Below, piece by piece: positions 38,801-49,944 of a stretch of 64,000 nucleotides of DNA. Source of the stretch: Leucoraja ocellata. Taxonomy: Eukaryota. Positions within the stretch are counted from its first letter, which is position 1, and each line of letters begins with the position of its first letter. Made by a program: the position numbers and the translations under genes. The DNA lies in NCBI GenBank assembly GCA_036785375.1, contig JAWMAR010000081.1, positions 8,184,001 to 8,248,000 of the forward strand, read 5' to 3'. Under the pieces are notes generated by a model. It was not told the DNA's origin and ran no database searches. It was given only the letters and a program-made list of their open reading frames with translations.

Positions 38801-41800
38801 CTCTCCTGCAGTAGTTTGTGCCATGGTCTCTCCTCCAGTAGATGGGGACATGATCTCTCCTGCAGTAATTTGGGAAGATGTCTGTCCTGTTGTACTTTGG
38901 GCTGTTATCCCTGTGGGTGTGTTTGTTGTAGTTGTCTCAGCTGCCTTGGTTGTTGAACTCTCAGATAATGTCATTGTCGAGGTGGTCTCAGTTTGTGGCA
39001 CTCTTGAGCTGGTCCCACTTGGTGTAGCTTTTGGGTTGGTCTCACCTGAAGTAGTTGTTGGGGTGGTTTCTGCTGGTGTAACTCTTGAAGCAGTCTCTGC
39101 TGGTATCTCCATTGGGGTGGTTTCAGCTACTGTCATTGATGTGGTGGTCGCACTTGGTGTAGATGTTGAGGTTGTTGATAAGGTGCTCTCAGCTGCTGTC
39201 GCTGTTGACCTGGTCTCACCTGATGCACTTGTTGAAGTGGTCTCACCTGGTGTAACTGTTGAGAAAGTATTTGTTGCTGTTGAGGTGATCTCCGCTGGTA
39301 TCGATGTTGAGCTGGTCTTAACTGGTAGAGTTGTGTAGGTGGTGTCTGTGAGAGTGGTTGTTGAAGTGATCTCAGCTGGTGGTTCTGTTGAGCTTGTCTC
39401 AGTTGGTGCTGCTGTTGGAGTGGTCTCAACTAGTATAGTTGTGGAGATGGTCTTTGCCAATGTAGTTGTTGAAGTGGCCTGTGCTGGTGTTGCTTCTGAG
39501 GTAGTGTCAGATGATGTCAGTGTAGGAGTGGTCACTGCTGGTGCAGTTGTTGTTCTGGTCTCAGCTAGTTTTGGGATGGTCTCTGCTAGTTTTGGGATGG
39601 TCTCTGCTGGTGCAGCAATTGAGATGGTCTCAACTGGTGTTGCTGCTGAGGTAGTCTCAGCAGGTGTGGTGGCCTCAGCTGATGTGACTGTCTCTGCTGG
39701 TATTGCTGTTGGGGTGGTCTCAGCTACTGTCATTGAGATGGTCAAACTCGGTGTAGTTATTCGACTCTTCCCACCAGGTATGGATGTTGCATTTGTCTCA
39801 CCTGGGATAATTGATGAAGTGGTCTCAGATGATTTAGCTGTTGTGAATACCTCAACTGCTGTCGTTGTTGACCTGCTCTCACCTGGTGTACTTGTTGAAG
39901 TGGTCTTACCTGGTGTAACTGTTGAGGTGGTCTCAGCTTCTGTCATTGTTGAGGTAGTCTCAACTCGTGTTACTGAAGAGGTGGTCTCTTCTGAGGTCAT
40001 TGTTATGGTGGTCTCAGCTGGTGTAATTGTTGATGTAGTCTCAGCTGATGTCGCTGTTGAACCGCTCTCAGCTGGAATCGTTCTTGAGCTGGTCTCATCT
40101 GGTGCTGCTGTTGGATTGGTCTCAACGTGTGTAGCTGTGGAAGTTGTCTCTGTGCGTGTAGTTGATGAAGTGGTCACAGATGTTGTGGCTGTAGGAGTGG
40201 TCACAGCTGGTGTAGTCGTGCTAGTCTTGAGCAGTGTCACTGTTGGGATGAGTGCATCTGGTGTTGTTGTTGAGATGGTCTCAGATGGTCTCACTGTTGA
40301 TGTAGTCTCACTTGTTCTCTCTCTTGAGTTGGTCTCACCTGGTGTTATGGATGAAGATGCCTCAACTGGTGCGGCTATAGGAGTGGTCTCAGCCGGTGAA
40401 GTTGTTGAATTGACTTTTGTCAGTGACGTTTTTGAGGTGATCTCAGATGGCTTCACTGTAAGAGTGGTCACAGCTGGTGTAGTTTCATTGGTCTCATCTT
40501 GTATCGCTGTTAAGAAGGGTTTCGCTGTTAAGTTGGTCTGATCTGGCTTAGGTGTTGAGGTGGCCTCAGCTAATGTAATTATTGAGGTGGTCTCACCTTG
40601 TGTAATTCTTGAGGTTGTCTCTGCAGTTGTTGACGTGGTCTCAACTGGTGTAGTGCTTGAGCTGGTCTCAGTTGGTGTTGGTGACCTGCTGTCAAATGGA
40701 GTTGCTGTTGAGATAGTCTTAGCTGGTGACATTGTTGAAGTTGTCTCAGCTGCTATAACGTTGAAGGTGGTCTCATCTGGTGTCACTATTGAGATGGTCT
40801 CAGCTGCCGATGCTATTAAGGTGGTCTCAGCTTGTGTCACTGTTGCAATGGTTTCAGCTGCTGAAGCTGTTGTTATGGAGTCAGCTGGTGTAATAATTGA
40901 GCTGGTCTCAGCTGGTGTTGCTGTTGATCTGGTCCCTCTTGGTGTAGTTGTTGGGTTCATGCCATCTGGAGTAGTTGTTGGGATGGTCTCAGCTGATATC
41001 GCTGCTGAGGTGGTCTCAGCAGGTGTCACTGGTGAGGTGGCCTCAGCCGGACTCACAGTTGAAGCTGTCTCTGCTGTTATCTCTCTTGGGGTGGTTACAG
41101 GTGGAGTCATTGTGGAGATGGTCACACTTGGGGTAGTTGTTGAGCTCGTCCCACCGGGTGTAGATATTGAGGTTCCCTCGCCTGGAGAAATTGATGAGGT
41201 GATCTCAGCTGACATAGATGCTGAGAATACCTTAGCCACTGTCGCTGTTGACCTGGTCTCACCTGCTGTACTTGTTGAAGTGGACTCACCTGGTGTAACT
41301 GTTGAGGTCTTCTCAGCCTCTGTCGTTGTCGCGGTGATCTGCGCTGGTCTCTCTATTGAGGTGGTCTTGACTGGTGTTGTGGGTGTAGATGCCTCAGCTG
41401 GTGTTGCTGTTGGATTGGTTTCAACTGGTGTAGTTGTGGAGGTAGTCTCTGGGGGCCTGGTTGTCACAGTGGTCTCAGCTGGTGCCGCTGTTGGAGTGGT
41501 CTCAACTATAGATGTGAAGATGGTCTTTGCCGAAGTAGTTATTGAAGGGGCCTGTGTTGGTGTTGCTTTTGAGATGGTCTCAGATCGTGTCACTGTAGGA
41601 GTGGTCACAGCCGGCATTGCTGTTGTGCTGGACTCCACTTGCGATGCTCTTGTGGTGGTTTCAGCTGGTGCATTTGCTGAGGAGGCCTCAGCTGATGATA
41701 CTATTGAAGTGGTCTCAGCTGATGTTACTGTTGAGGTGATCTCATCTGGTGTTACTTTTGAGATAGTCTCTGTTAGTGTAGTAGTTGAGGTAGTCTCAGC

Positions 41801-44800
41801 TGGTGTTACTTTTGAGATGGTCTCAGTTTGTGCAGCTGTTGTAATAGTTTCACCTAGTGTAGCTGTTGAGGTGGTTTCAGCTGGTGTTTTTGTCGATGTG
41901 TCTTGGGATACTTTTGAGGTTCTCTCAGCTGGTGTCAGCATTGAGGTGGTCTCAAATGATGTTGCTGTTGAGATAGTCTCTGCAGATGCGGTTGTTGAGG
42001 TGGCCTCAACTAGCATTGTTGTTGTCCTGCTGTTAAATGGAGTAGTTGTTGAGATGGTCTTAGCTGGTGTCATTGTTGAGCTAGTCTCTGCTGGTGTCAC
42101 TGTAGATGTGGTCTCAGCTGGGATCACTCTTGAGAAGGTCTCATCTGTTGAGGTGGTCGCAGCCTGTATTGCTGCTGAGGTGGTCTCAGCTGTTGTTACT
42201 GCTGAAGTAGCCTCAGCTAGTACAGCTGTTAAAGTGGTCTCTACTGGTGTTGCTGTTGAGGTGATATCAACTGGCGTATTTGCAGAGGAGGTCACACCAG
42301 GCATAGTTGTTGAGATGGTCTCAGCTTGTGTAGTCGTTAAGGTGCTCTCAGCTGGTGTTACTGTCGATGTTATGTCTTGGGTTACTGTTGAGGCTATCTC
42401 AGATAGTGTCATTGATGTGGTCTCAAATGATGTTGCTGTTGAGATAGTCTCTGCAGGTGCATTTGTTGAAGTGGTCTCTGATAGTGTCACTGTTGAGGTG
42501 ATGTCTGCTTGGGTTAGGGTTGAGCTGGTCTCAGCTGGTGTTGCTTTTAAGGTGGTCAGATCTGGATTAGATGAGGTGGCCTCAGCTAGTGCGATTGATG
42601 AGGTGGTCTCACCTGGTGTAGTTCTTGAAGTAGACTCAGCTTGTGTGGTTGTTGATGTGGTCTCAACTGGTGTAGTAGCTGAGCTGGTCTCAACTAGCGT
42701 CGTTGACCTGCTGTTAAATGTAGTTGCTGTTGAGATAGTCTTAGCTGGTGTCATTGTTGATGTGGTCTCAGCTGTTGTAGGGTTGATGGTGGTCTCATCT
42801 GATGTCACTGTTGAGATGGTCTCATCTGGTGATGCTATTAAGGTGGTCTCAACTGGTGCAGCAGTTGTAGTGGTCTCAGCAGCTGCTGCTGTTGAGGTAG
42901 TCAATGTTGCAATGGTTTCAGCTGGTAAAGCTGTTGATGTGGAGTCAGCCGATGTAATAGTTGAGATGGGCTCAGCTCGTTTAGCTGCTGAGCTGGTCTC
43001 AGCTGGTGTTGCCGTTACGGTGGTCTCAGTTTGTGTTGCTGCTGAGGTGGTCACAGCTAGTGTCACTGTTGGAGTGATCTTATCAGTTGTAGCTGTTGGG
43101 ATGGTCTCACTTGGTGTAGGTGTTGAGGTGGCCTCAACAGATATCACTGTTGAGGTGGTCTCAGCAGGTGTAGATGCAGAGGTGGACTCTGTTGGCGTTA
43201 CTGTTGTGTCGGTCACATCTGGTAACACTGTTGATGAGGCTGTAGTTGTTTCAGCTTGTGTTGTTGTTGATTTGGTCTCAACTGGTGTAGTATTTTGGGT
43301 TACTGTTGAGCTTCTCTCAGATGGTGTCAGCATTGATGTGGTCTCAAATGATGTTGCTGTTGAGATAGTCTCTGCAGGTGCATTTGTTGAAGTGGTCTCT
43401 GATAATGTCGCTGTGGAGGTGATGTCTGCTTGGGTTAGGGTTGAGCTAGTCTCAGCTGGTGTTGCTTCTAAGGTGGTCAGATCTGGATTAGTTGAGGTGG
43501 CCTCAGCTAGTGTGATAGATGAGATGGTCTCACCTGGTGTAGTTCTTGAAGTAGTCTCAGCTTGTGTGGTTGTTGATGTGGTCCCAACTGGTGTAGTAGC
43601 TGAGCTGGCCTCAACTAGCATTGTTGTTGACCAGCTGTTAAATGGAGTTGCTGTTGAGATGGTCTTAGTTGGTGCCATTGTTGATGTGGTCTCAGCTGCT
43701 ATAGTGTTGAAGGTGGTCTCATCTGGTGTGACTGTTGAGATGATCTTAACTGGTAATGCCATTAAGGTGGTCTCAGCAGGTGCAACAGTTGTAGTGGTCT
43801 CAGTAAGTGTTACTGTTGCAATGGTTTCAGATGGTAAAGCTGTTGATGTGGAAGTGGTGTCAACAAATGTCATTGTTGTGTTGGTCTCAGCAGGTGTGGA
43901 TGCTGAGGTGAGCTCTATTGGTGTTGAGTCGGTCGCATTTGGTAACACTGTTGAGGTGGTCTTACCAGCTGTAGTTCTTGAAATTTTCTCAGGTCGTGTA
44001 TTTGTTGATGTGGTCTCCAATGGTGTGTTGTCTGAGCTGGCCTCAACTAGCGTTGATGTTGGCCTGCTGTTAAATGGAGTTTCTGTTGAGATGGTGTCAG
44101 CTGATGCAGCAGTTACAGTGGTCTCATCTGGTGTCGCTCTTGAGGTTGTCTCAGCTGGTGTTGCTGTTGTGATGTTCTCAGCTGGCGATGCTATTAAGGT
44201 GGTCTCAGCTGATGCAGCAGTTGTGGTGGTCTCAGTGGCTGCTGCTGTTGAGGTAGTCTCATCCAGTGTCACTGTTGCAATGGTTTTAACTGATGAAGCT
44301 GTGGATGTGTAGTCCACTGATGTAATAGCTGAGATGGGCTCAGCTCGTTTTGCTGCTGAGCTGGTATCAGCTGGTTTTGCCGTTACAGTGGTCTCTGCTT
44401 GTGTTGCTGCTGAGGTGGTCACAGCTGGTGTCGCAGTTGGAGTGATCTTATCAGATGTAGCTGTTGGGGTGGTCTCACTTGGTGTAGTTGTTGAGATAGT
44501 CTCGCCTTGAGTCACTGTTGGGTTGGTCTCATCAGATGTCGCAGTTGAGCTGGTCCCAGTGGGTGTTATTGTTAAATTGGTTTCATCTGGTGTTGCTATT
44601 GGGGTGCTGTCAACTAGTGCCTCTATTGAAGTGGTCTCAGCAAGTGTTACTGTTGCAATGGTTTCAGATGGTAAAGCTGTCACTGTTGAGGTCGTTTCAA
44701 CTGGTGTTGCTGTTGAGATGTTCTCGGCTGGTGTTTCCATTGAGCTGGTCTCAGCTGATATTAATGTTGAGGTGGTATCAGCTGTTGATGTGGTCTCAGC

Positions 44801-47800
44801 TTGTGTAGTGTTGGATTTGGTATCATCTTGTATTGCTGTTGAATTGGACTCAGCTGGTGTAGTTGTTGAGATTGTCTCTGGTGTCACGATTGAGCTGATC
44901 TCTGCTTGTGCTGCTGTTGTGGTGGATTCTGTTAATGCTGCTGTCGATGTGGTCTCCGCAGGCATCACTGCTGAAGTGGTCTGATCTGGTGTAGTTGTTG
45001 TGATGATCTCCCCTGGTGCCACTGTTGAGGAGGACTCAAGTGATGTTACTGTTTTGATGGTCTCAGCAGATATCAATGTAGATGTTGTCTCAGCTGGTGT
45101 AGCCTTAGATGTGGTCTCACCTGGTGTTGCTTTGGAAGTGATCTCAGCTGATATCGCTGTTTGGGCTGTCTCAGCTCGTGTTACAGTTGAGAAGGTCTCA
45201 GCTGGTGTTATTGTATTTGAGGTGGTTTCCATTGGTGTCGTTGCTAGGTTGGTCTCAGCTGGTGTCGTTATTGAGGTGGCAACGGCTAGCATTGCTGTTG
45301 GGGTGGTCTCATGTGGTGTAATTGTTGAGGTGGTCTGTGCTGGTGTTACTGTAGGAGTTGTCTTAGCTGGTATTGTTGTTGGGGTTGTCTCAGCGACTGT
45401 TGTTTTTGAGCTGGTCTCACCTGCTGCCATTGTTAATGTGGTCAGAGCTGGTGTTACTATTGAGACTGTCACACCTGGTGTAATTGTTAACATGGTCTTA
45501 GCTGGTATAGATGTTGACGTGGTCTCAGCCAGCAAAAACAGTGAGGTGGTCTCAGCTGCTGTCTCTGTTGAGGCTGTCACGTCTAGTATAGTTGTTGCAG
45601 TGGTCTCAACTGTTGTAGTGGTTAATGTGTTCTCAGATGCCAATATTGCAGAGGTGGTCTCAGCGGTTGTTGTTGTTGATGATGTGCCAGCGGTTGTCGT
45701 TGAGGTGGCCTCACTAGTTGTTGCTGCTGTTGAGGTGCTCTTAACTGGTACAGCTGTTGAGGCCGTCTGAACTCGTGTAACTGTGATCTCAGTTATTGGA
45801 GTTGCAGGGGTTGTCACAACTGGTGAAGAAGTAGTGGTACTTTTAGTAGAGGTTCCTGTTGGTATGGTCTCAGCTAGCATAGTTGTTGTCATCTCAGCTT
45901 GTGTAGTTGATGAAGTGGTCTCAGCTGGTTTGGTTGTTGTAGTGGGCCTACCTAATGTCACTGGTGAGGTCGTCTCAGCAGAATTTCCTGCTGAGCTGGT
46001 CTCAGTCTGTGTCCCTATTGAAGTGATCTCGCCTTCTTTAGCAGTTGAGGTGGACATAGGTACTAGAGGTGACATGATGGTTGAGGTGGTCTCAGCGGCT
46101 GTTATTTTCGTGCTGGTCTCGCTTGTTGTAGTTGTTGATGTTATCTCAACTGATGTACCTGCCAAATTTGTCTTACCTGTTGTTAAAGTTGGCATGGTCT
46201 TTGCTGGTGTAGTTATTGCTATTGTCTGATTTGGTGTAGTTACTGAGGTGACCTCTGCTGGTTTATGCATTGTAGTGGGCACAGCCAGTGTAGTTATTGA
46301 GGAGGATTCAAATGGTGTAGTTGTCGATGTAGTCTCACCTGCTGGAGGAATTGAGGTGGTCTCACCTGGTGCAGATGTTACGAATGTTGAGATCATCTCA
46401 ATTGGTGTCGGCGTTGATGTGGTCTCAAGAGGTGTACCTGCTGAGGTGGTCTCAGCTGGTGTAAACGTTGAGGAGGCCACAGCCATTGTCACTGTTGAGA
46501 TGGTCACAGCTGGTTTAGACATTGAGGTGTGCTCTGCTGGTGTAGTTGCTTTTGTGGTCTCAGAGGATGTTGTTGCGAAGATGGTTTCAGCTGGTGTCAT
46601 TGTTGTGGTGGTCTCACTTGGTGTGGTTGTTGATCTTCTCACACCTGGTGTAATAGTTGAGCTGGTCTCTTTTTGTGTAATGGTTGAGGTAGTCTCAGCT
46701 TCTGTTGTCAAGGTGGTCTCAGCTGATGTCACTGTTGATGTTGTCTCAGCTCCTCTCACTGTTGCAGTGGTTTCATTTTGTAAAGTTATTGAGATGGTCT
46801 CAGCTGGTACAGCCCTTGTGATGGTCTCTGCTTGTGAAGCTGGTGAGATGGTCTCTGATGGCAATTTTGCTGAGATGGTCTCAGCTGACGTAGCTATTGA
46901 GGTGGTCTCAGCTTGTGCTGTTGTTGAGGTGGTCTGAGCTGGTGTAGTTGTCAGGATGGTCACAGCTGATGTACCTGTCAGGGTAGTCTCAGCTGGTATA
47001 CCTGTTGAGGTGGTGACATGTGGTTCATTTATTGATGTGGTCTCAGCGATTGCTAAGGTTATCTGATCTTGCGTATTTGTTGCGCTGGTCCTCCCTGGAG
47101 TAGATAAGGTTTCAGGTGCTGTAGGCGTTGAGGTTGTTTCATCTGGTATAGGTATTGATATAGTCGAACTTGGTGTAATTGTTGATATGGCCGGAAGTAG
47201 TGAGGTTCCTGAGGTGTTCACAGCTGATGTAATTGTTGAGGTTATCTCAATATGTGTATGTGTTGAGATTGTCTCAGCTGGTGTAGTGATGGTTGTTTCA
47301 GATGATGTAGTTGGTGACATTCTCTCAATTGGTCTCATTGTTGAGTTGGTCTCAACTGGTATCGGGGTTGTGGTTATAACCTGTGTACCTGTTAAGGTAG
47401 TGTCAGGTTTTGTGGTGCGGATCATCTTAGCCGATGTACTTGTTAATGCGGTTTCAGATGGCGTAGTTGCTGAGGTTGTCTCTGCCAATGTATCTGTTAA
47501 CCTTCTCCCAGTTGGCGTAGTTATTGTGTTATCTAGTATTGTTGTCTTTGTGGTCTCATTTGGTGTAGTCATCTCTGCTGGAGTAACTTTTGAGGCGGTC
47601 ACAGGCTGTGTATCTGTCTTAACTGGTTTTGTTGTTGTGCTGGACTCACCTGGTATAGCCTTTGAGGTTGTCTCAGCTAGTGTTGTTGATGACAAGATCT
47701 CAGACGATGCATTTGGCGAGGTGTTCTCCGCCGGTCTAGCTGTTGAATTTCTAGCTGTAGTTTTTATTTGTGATGTGTTTTCTGCAGTGATCGTTTGTTT

Positions 47801-47901
47801 TTTCATATGTGTGGTTACGTTTTCGGTTGTTGCTTGACTGTCTGTGCTGGAAAAACCCGCCGTGACATAAGTTGACGTATAATTTGCTCTTGTGTCTGCA
47901 T
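1..47901 (-). CDS. Giant mucin-like Thr/Ser-rich (PTS-type) coding exon, 3'-partial, >=15,966 codons
   Basis: The minus frame (codon first base at positions =1 mod 3) reads (x)ADTRANYTSTYVTAGFSSTDSQATTENVTTHMKKQ... at 47,899 and ...EITIGETMSQTPAGEITSI at the left edge. Every Val-rich plus-strand shadow ORF from 3 to 47,187 starts at 0 mod 3, so the frame is kept throughout. The ORF track reports no stop-terminated ORF in this frame. In-frame stops lie just upstream (TGA 47,926, TAA 47,932), with the acceptor TTTCTTCTTGCAATTTAG| at 47,903-47,902. The specific mucin gene cannot be identified without the C-terminal domains. Confidence 0.92.
23800..38905 (-). repeat. Degenerate 27-bp coding minisatellite, consensus SQTTAGET(T/M), with irregular older block repeats
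   Basis: The plus-strand motif gtggtctctcctgcagtagtttggga(c/t) recurs throughout. The landmark 'gacaag(c/t)tctcttc' recurs at irregular ~0.8-1.7 kb spacing (about 23730, 24873, 25869, 26760, 27597, 29268). Confidence 0.93.
38906..47600 (-). repeat. Second degenerate 27-bp coding repeat family, consensus STTTPAETT
   Basis: The plus-strand motif gtggtctcagctggtgt(a/t)gttgttga gives TCA ACA ACT ACA CCA GCT GAG ACC AC on the minus strand. Internal block duplications are present (e.g. ~42.4 kb and ~43.3 kb). Confidence 0.9.
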
Positions 47902-47920
47902 CTAAATTGCAAGAAGAAAT
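47902..47920 (-). other. 3' splice acceptor (polypyrimidine tract + AG) of the giant exon, phase 1
   Basis: Minus strand ATTTCTTCTTGCAATTTAG|AT GCA GAC. It coincides with the switch from AT-rich non-coding sequence to the open Thr/Ser-rich frame. Confidence 0.8.
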
Positions 47921-48885
47921 ATATCATATTTATCTGAATAATTTTGGAATTACTTTTATGTCTTTAGCACAATCTCTTTGCATAATGTTGCCCACCTTCT
48001 TGTCTTTGTGATAGAATATTTTTTAGTTTGAACGTTGTGATTTTGTCTGTGGCTTCGTCTGGTACTTAATCTAACCTTTGTTTAAATTGTGCATTGTTGC
48101 GGTAACATTACTGTTTTTAAATGGCTGTAAAGACAGCTCGTCAGCTTACCTTTCAGTAGATTAAAGTAGGCAGTTATCATAGAACATCGAACAGTGGTTG
48201 TGCTGAACATAATGCCAAGTTAAACTTATCTGCCTGCACATAACCTCTATTCTTCCAGTTATAACATTTTATTTCAAGAGCTACTGCAAAGTTCAATCAT
48301 TTCTGTGTAAATTTTGCTTTGTGATGAAATGTGATCTCTGAATTAACACCAAAATACAAGAACATTTCAGTAGATCAGACAGCATCTACAGAGAGAGACG
48401 AGTAAATAATTCAGACCCATGGCATTTGCACATATTCTTCAATCTTAAAAGTGTTAACTCACTTTCTCCCTCTCCACAGATAGCATCTGAGTACTTCCAC
48501 CATTTTATGTTTTTATTTCCGGTCCCCATATCTGTTTGGACCCTATTTGCTCCTGTCTGCTGCTTTCCACAACTTCCCTAATGTGTACTGATTATGGTTC
48601 ATTCTTGTGGCTAGCAGTTCACTGCTGTACCTCTGTGACGTTAGGCAATACCTGGCACACAGAATGAAAATATACTCATTGCATACGGAAATCCAGCACG
48701 TGGATATCCGGATATTTCCTGCTGCGATTCCTCGAATGGTATAGCATTATGATTAAGTGGGTGGAGACACAGGGAGCTGCAGATGTTGGAATTTTGATGA
48801 AGTTGATGGAGTTGTGCCCAGAGGTCAAGAATATTAATGTAGATTTATTTATGAGGTTAAATTCTACCACAAGGCAGTCGGGGAA

Positions 48886-49392
48886 ATTAGAACAGCACAA
48901 CACAGGAACAAACACTTTGACCCACAGTATCTGTACCAAACTAATTATTTCAACCTGCACATTGTCCACGTCACTCTATCCCTGCATACCCATGTGTCTA
49001 TCTAAAAGGCACTTAAATGCCACTATCGTATCTGCTTCCACACACCAACCTAGCAGCACATTCTAGGCACTAACCATCTCAGTGTAAAAACATTTGCACC
49101 ATTCATCGCCTTTAAATTATCCCTCTCTCATTTTAAAGCTATGCCCCCTAGTATTGGACATTGTCACTCTGGGAAAAAACATACAGATGTTTTATTCCGT
49201 CTATGCCTTTTATAATTTTATAAACTTCTATCAGGTCTCTCCCTAGCCTCCGGCGCACCAAAGAAAATAATCCAATTTTGCCCGACCTTATAGTAAATAC
49301 CTTCTAATCCATGCAACATGCTGGTAAAGCTTCACTGCACCCACTACAAAGCTTGCACCTACTTCCACTAATGGGGAGGCCAGAACTGCAAA
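48886..49392 (-). mobile_element. Degraded CR1-clade LINE 3' fragment
   Basis: Similar by eye to the better-preserved CR1 3' ends at 49,945 and 51,523. Ends at ccagaactgca, the reverse complement of the CVQFW-coding segment. Confidence 0.7.
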
Positions 49393-49604
49393 CTATAAGG
49401 CTGCACATAATAAACTCAAGATCAAGCAGGCGAAAAAAGCTAGAGATATAAAAAGTAGTGGTCTCTGTGAAACTACCAGGTTGTCAGAAATGCAACTTAA
49501 TCACATTCACTCGTTTCCTTTAGGAAGGAAATCTACCATTTCAAGATGGTCTGAACTATATGTGACAGGCAGGCCAACCAAATGTTGAAACTTAACCGCC
49601 CTGA

Positions 49605-49798
49605 AGATGTAGAAACAAGGAACTGCAGATGTTGGTTTACAAACAATGACACAAAGTGCTAGAGTAATTCAGCAGGACATGCAGTATCTCTGAAGAACTA
49701 GGATAAGTGATGTTTTGGGTTGGAATCCTTCTTCAGAAGAGTCTGAAGAAGGGTCCTGACCCAAAGCATCCATGTTCTCCATAGATTCTGCCTGACTT
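49605..49798. mobile_element. Inverted pair of short Penelope-like/hammerhead-motif repeat
   Basis: ...ccttcttcaga|aga|gtctgaagaagggtcctgaccc... arranged head-to-head. Same family as the copies at 51.2-51.5, 61.3-61.9 and 63.65 kb. Confidence 0.6.
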
Positions 49799-49802
49799 AA
49801 GA

Positions 49803-49925
49803 GGGCGGCACAGTGGTGCAGCAGTGGAGTTGCTGCCTTACGGCTCTAGAGGCCCAGGTCAAATCCTGACTACGGGTGCTGTCTGTATGGAATTTGTACA
49901 TTCTCCCTGTGACCATGTAGTTTAT
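49803..49925 (+). mobile_element. tRNA-derived V-SINE/HE1-like SINE, 5' part
   Basis: gggcggcacagtggtgcagcagtgg (A box) ... ggtcaaatcc (B box) ... ttctccctgtgacc core. Confidence 0.8.
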
Positions 49926-49944
49926 TACATAGGATTTGTTTCTA

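Noticed and set aside
1-38905. CRISPR array or non-coding centromeric satellite
   Set aside because: No constant-repeat/unique-spacer structure and no cas genes, in a eukaryotic context. Strict frame preservation indicates coding sequence.
550-39429. Short minus-strand 'KLLQERPCP' and Gln-rich ORFs
   Set aside because: Alternative frame of the same repeat, frequently interrupted by stops.
3-47837. Val/Ser/Asp-rich plus-strand ORFs, including the 1,250-aa ORF at 40,560-44,312
   Set aside because: Antisense shadows of the Thr-rich frame (ACN codons read as GTN). They are broken by frequent TGA stops, while the minus frame appears uninterrupted.
47804-47901. ATG at 47,901 or at 47,806 as the start codon
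   Set aside because: 47,901 is out of frame and stops after 28 codons. 47,806 is in frame but has no signal peptide after it, so a spliced upstream exon is more plausible.
48150-48180. Mini-exon MITAYFNLLK with AAG|GTAAGC donor (phase 1)
   Set aside because: The ATG comes from a degraded LINE tail (catagaacat) and the peptide is not signal-like. Kept only as a possible cryptic donor.
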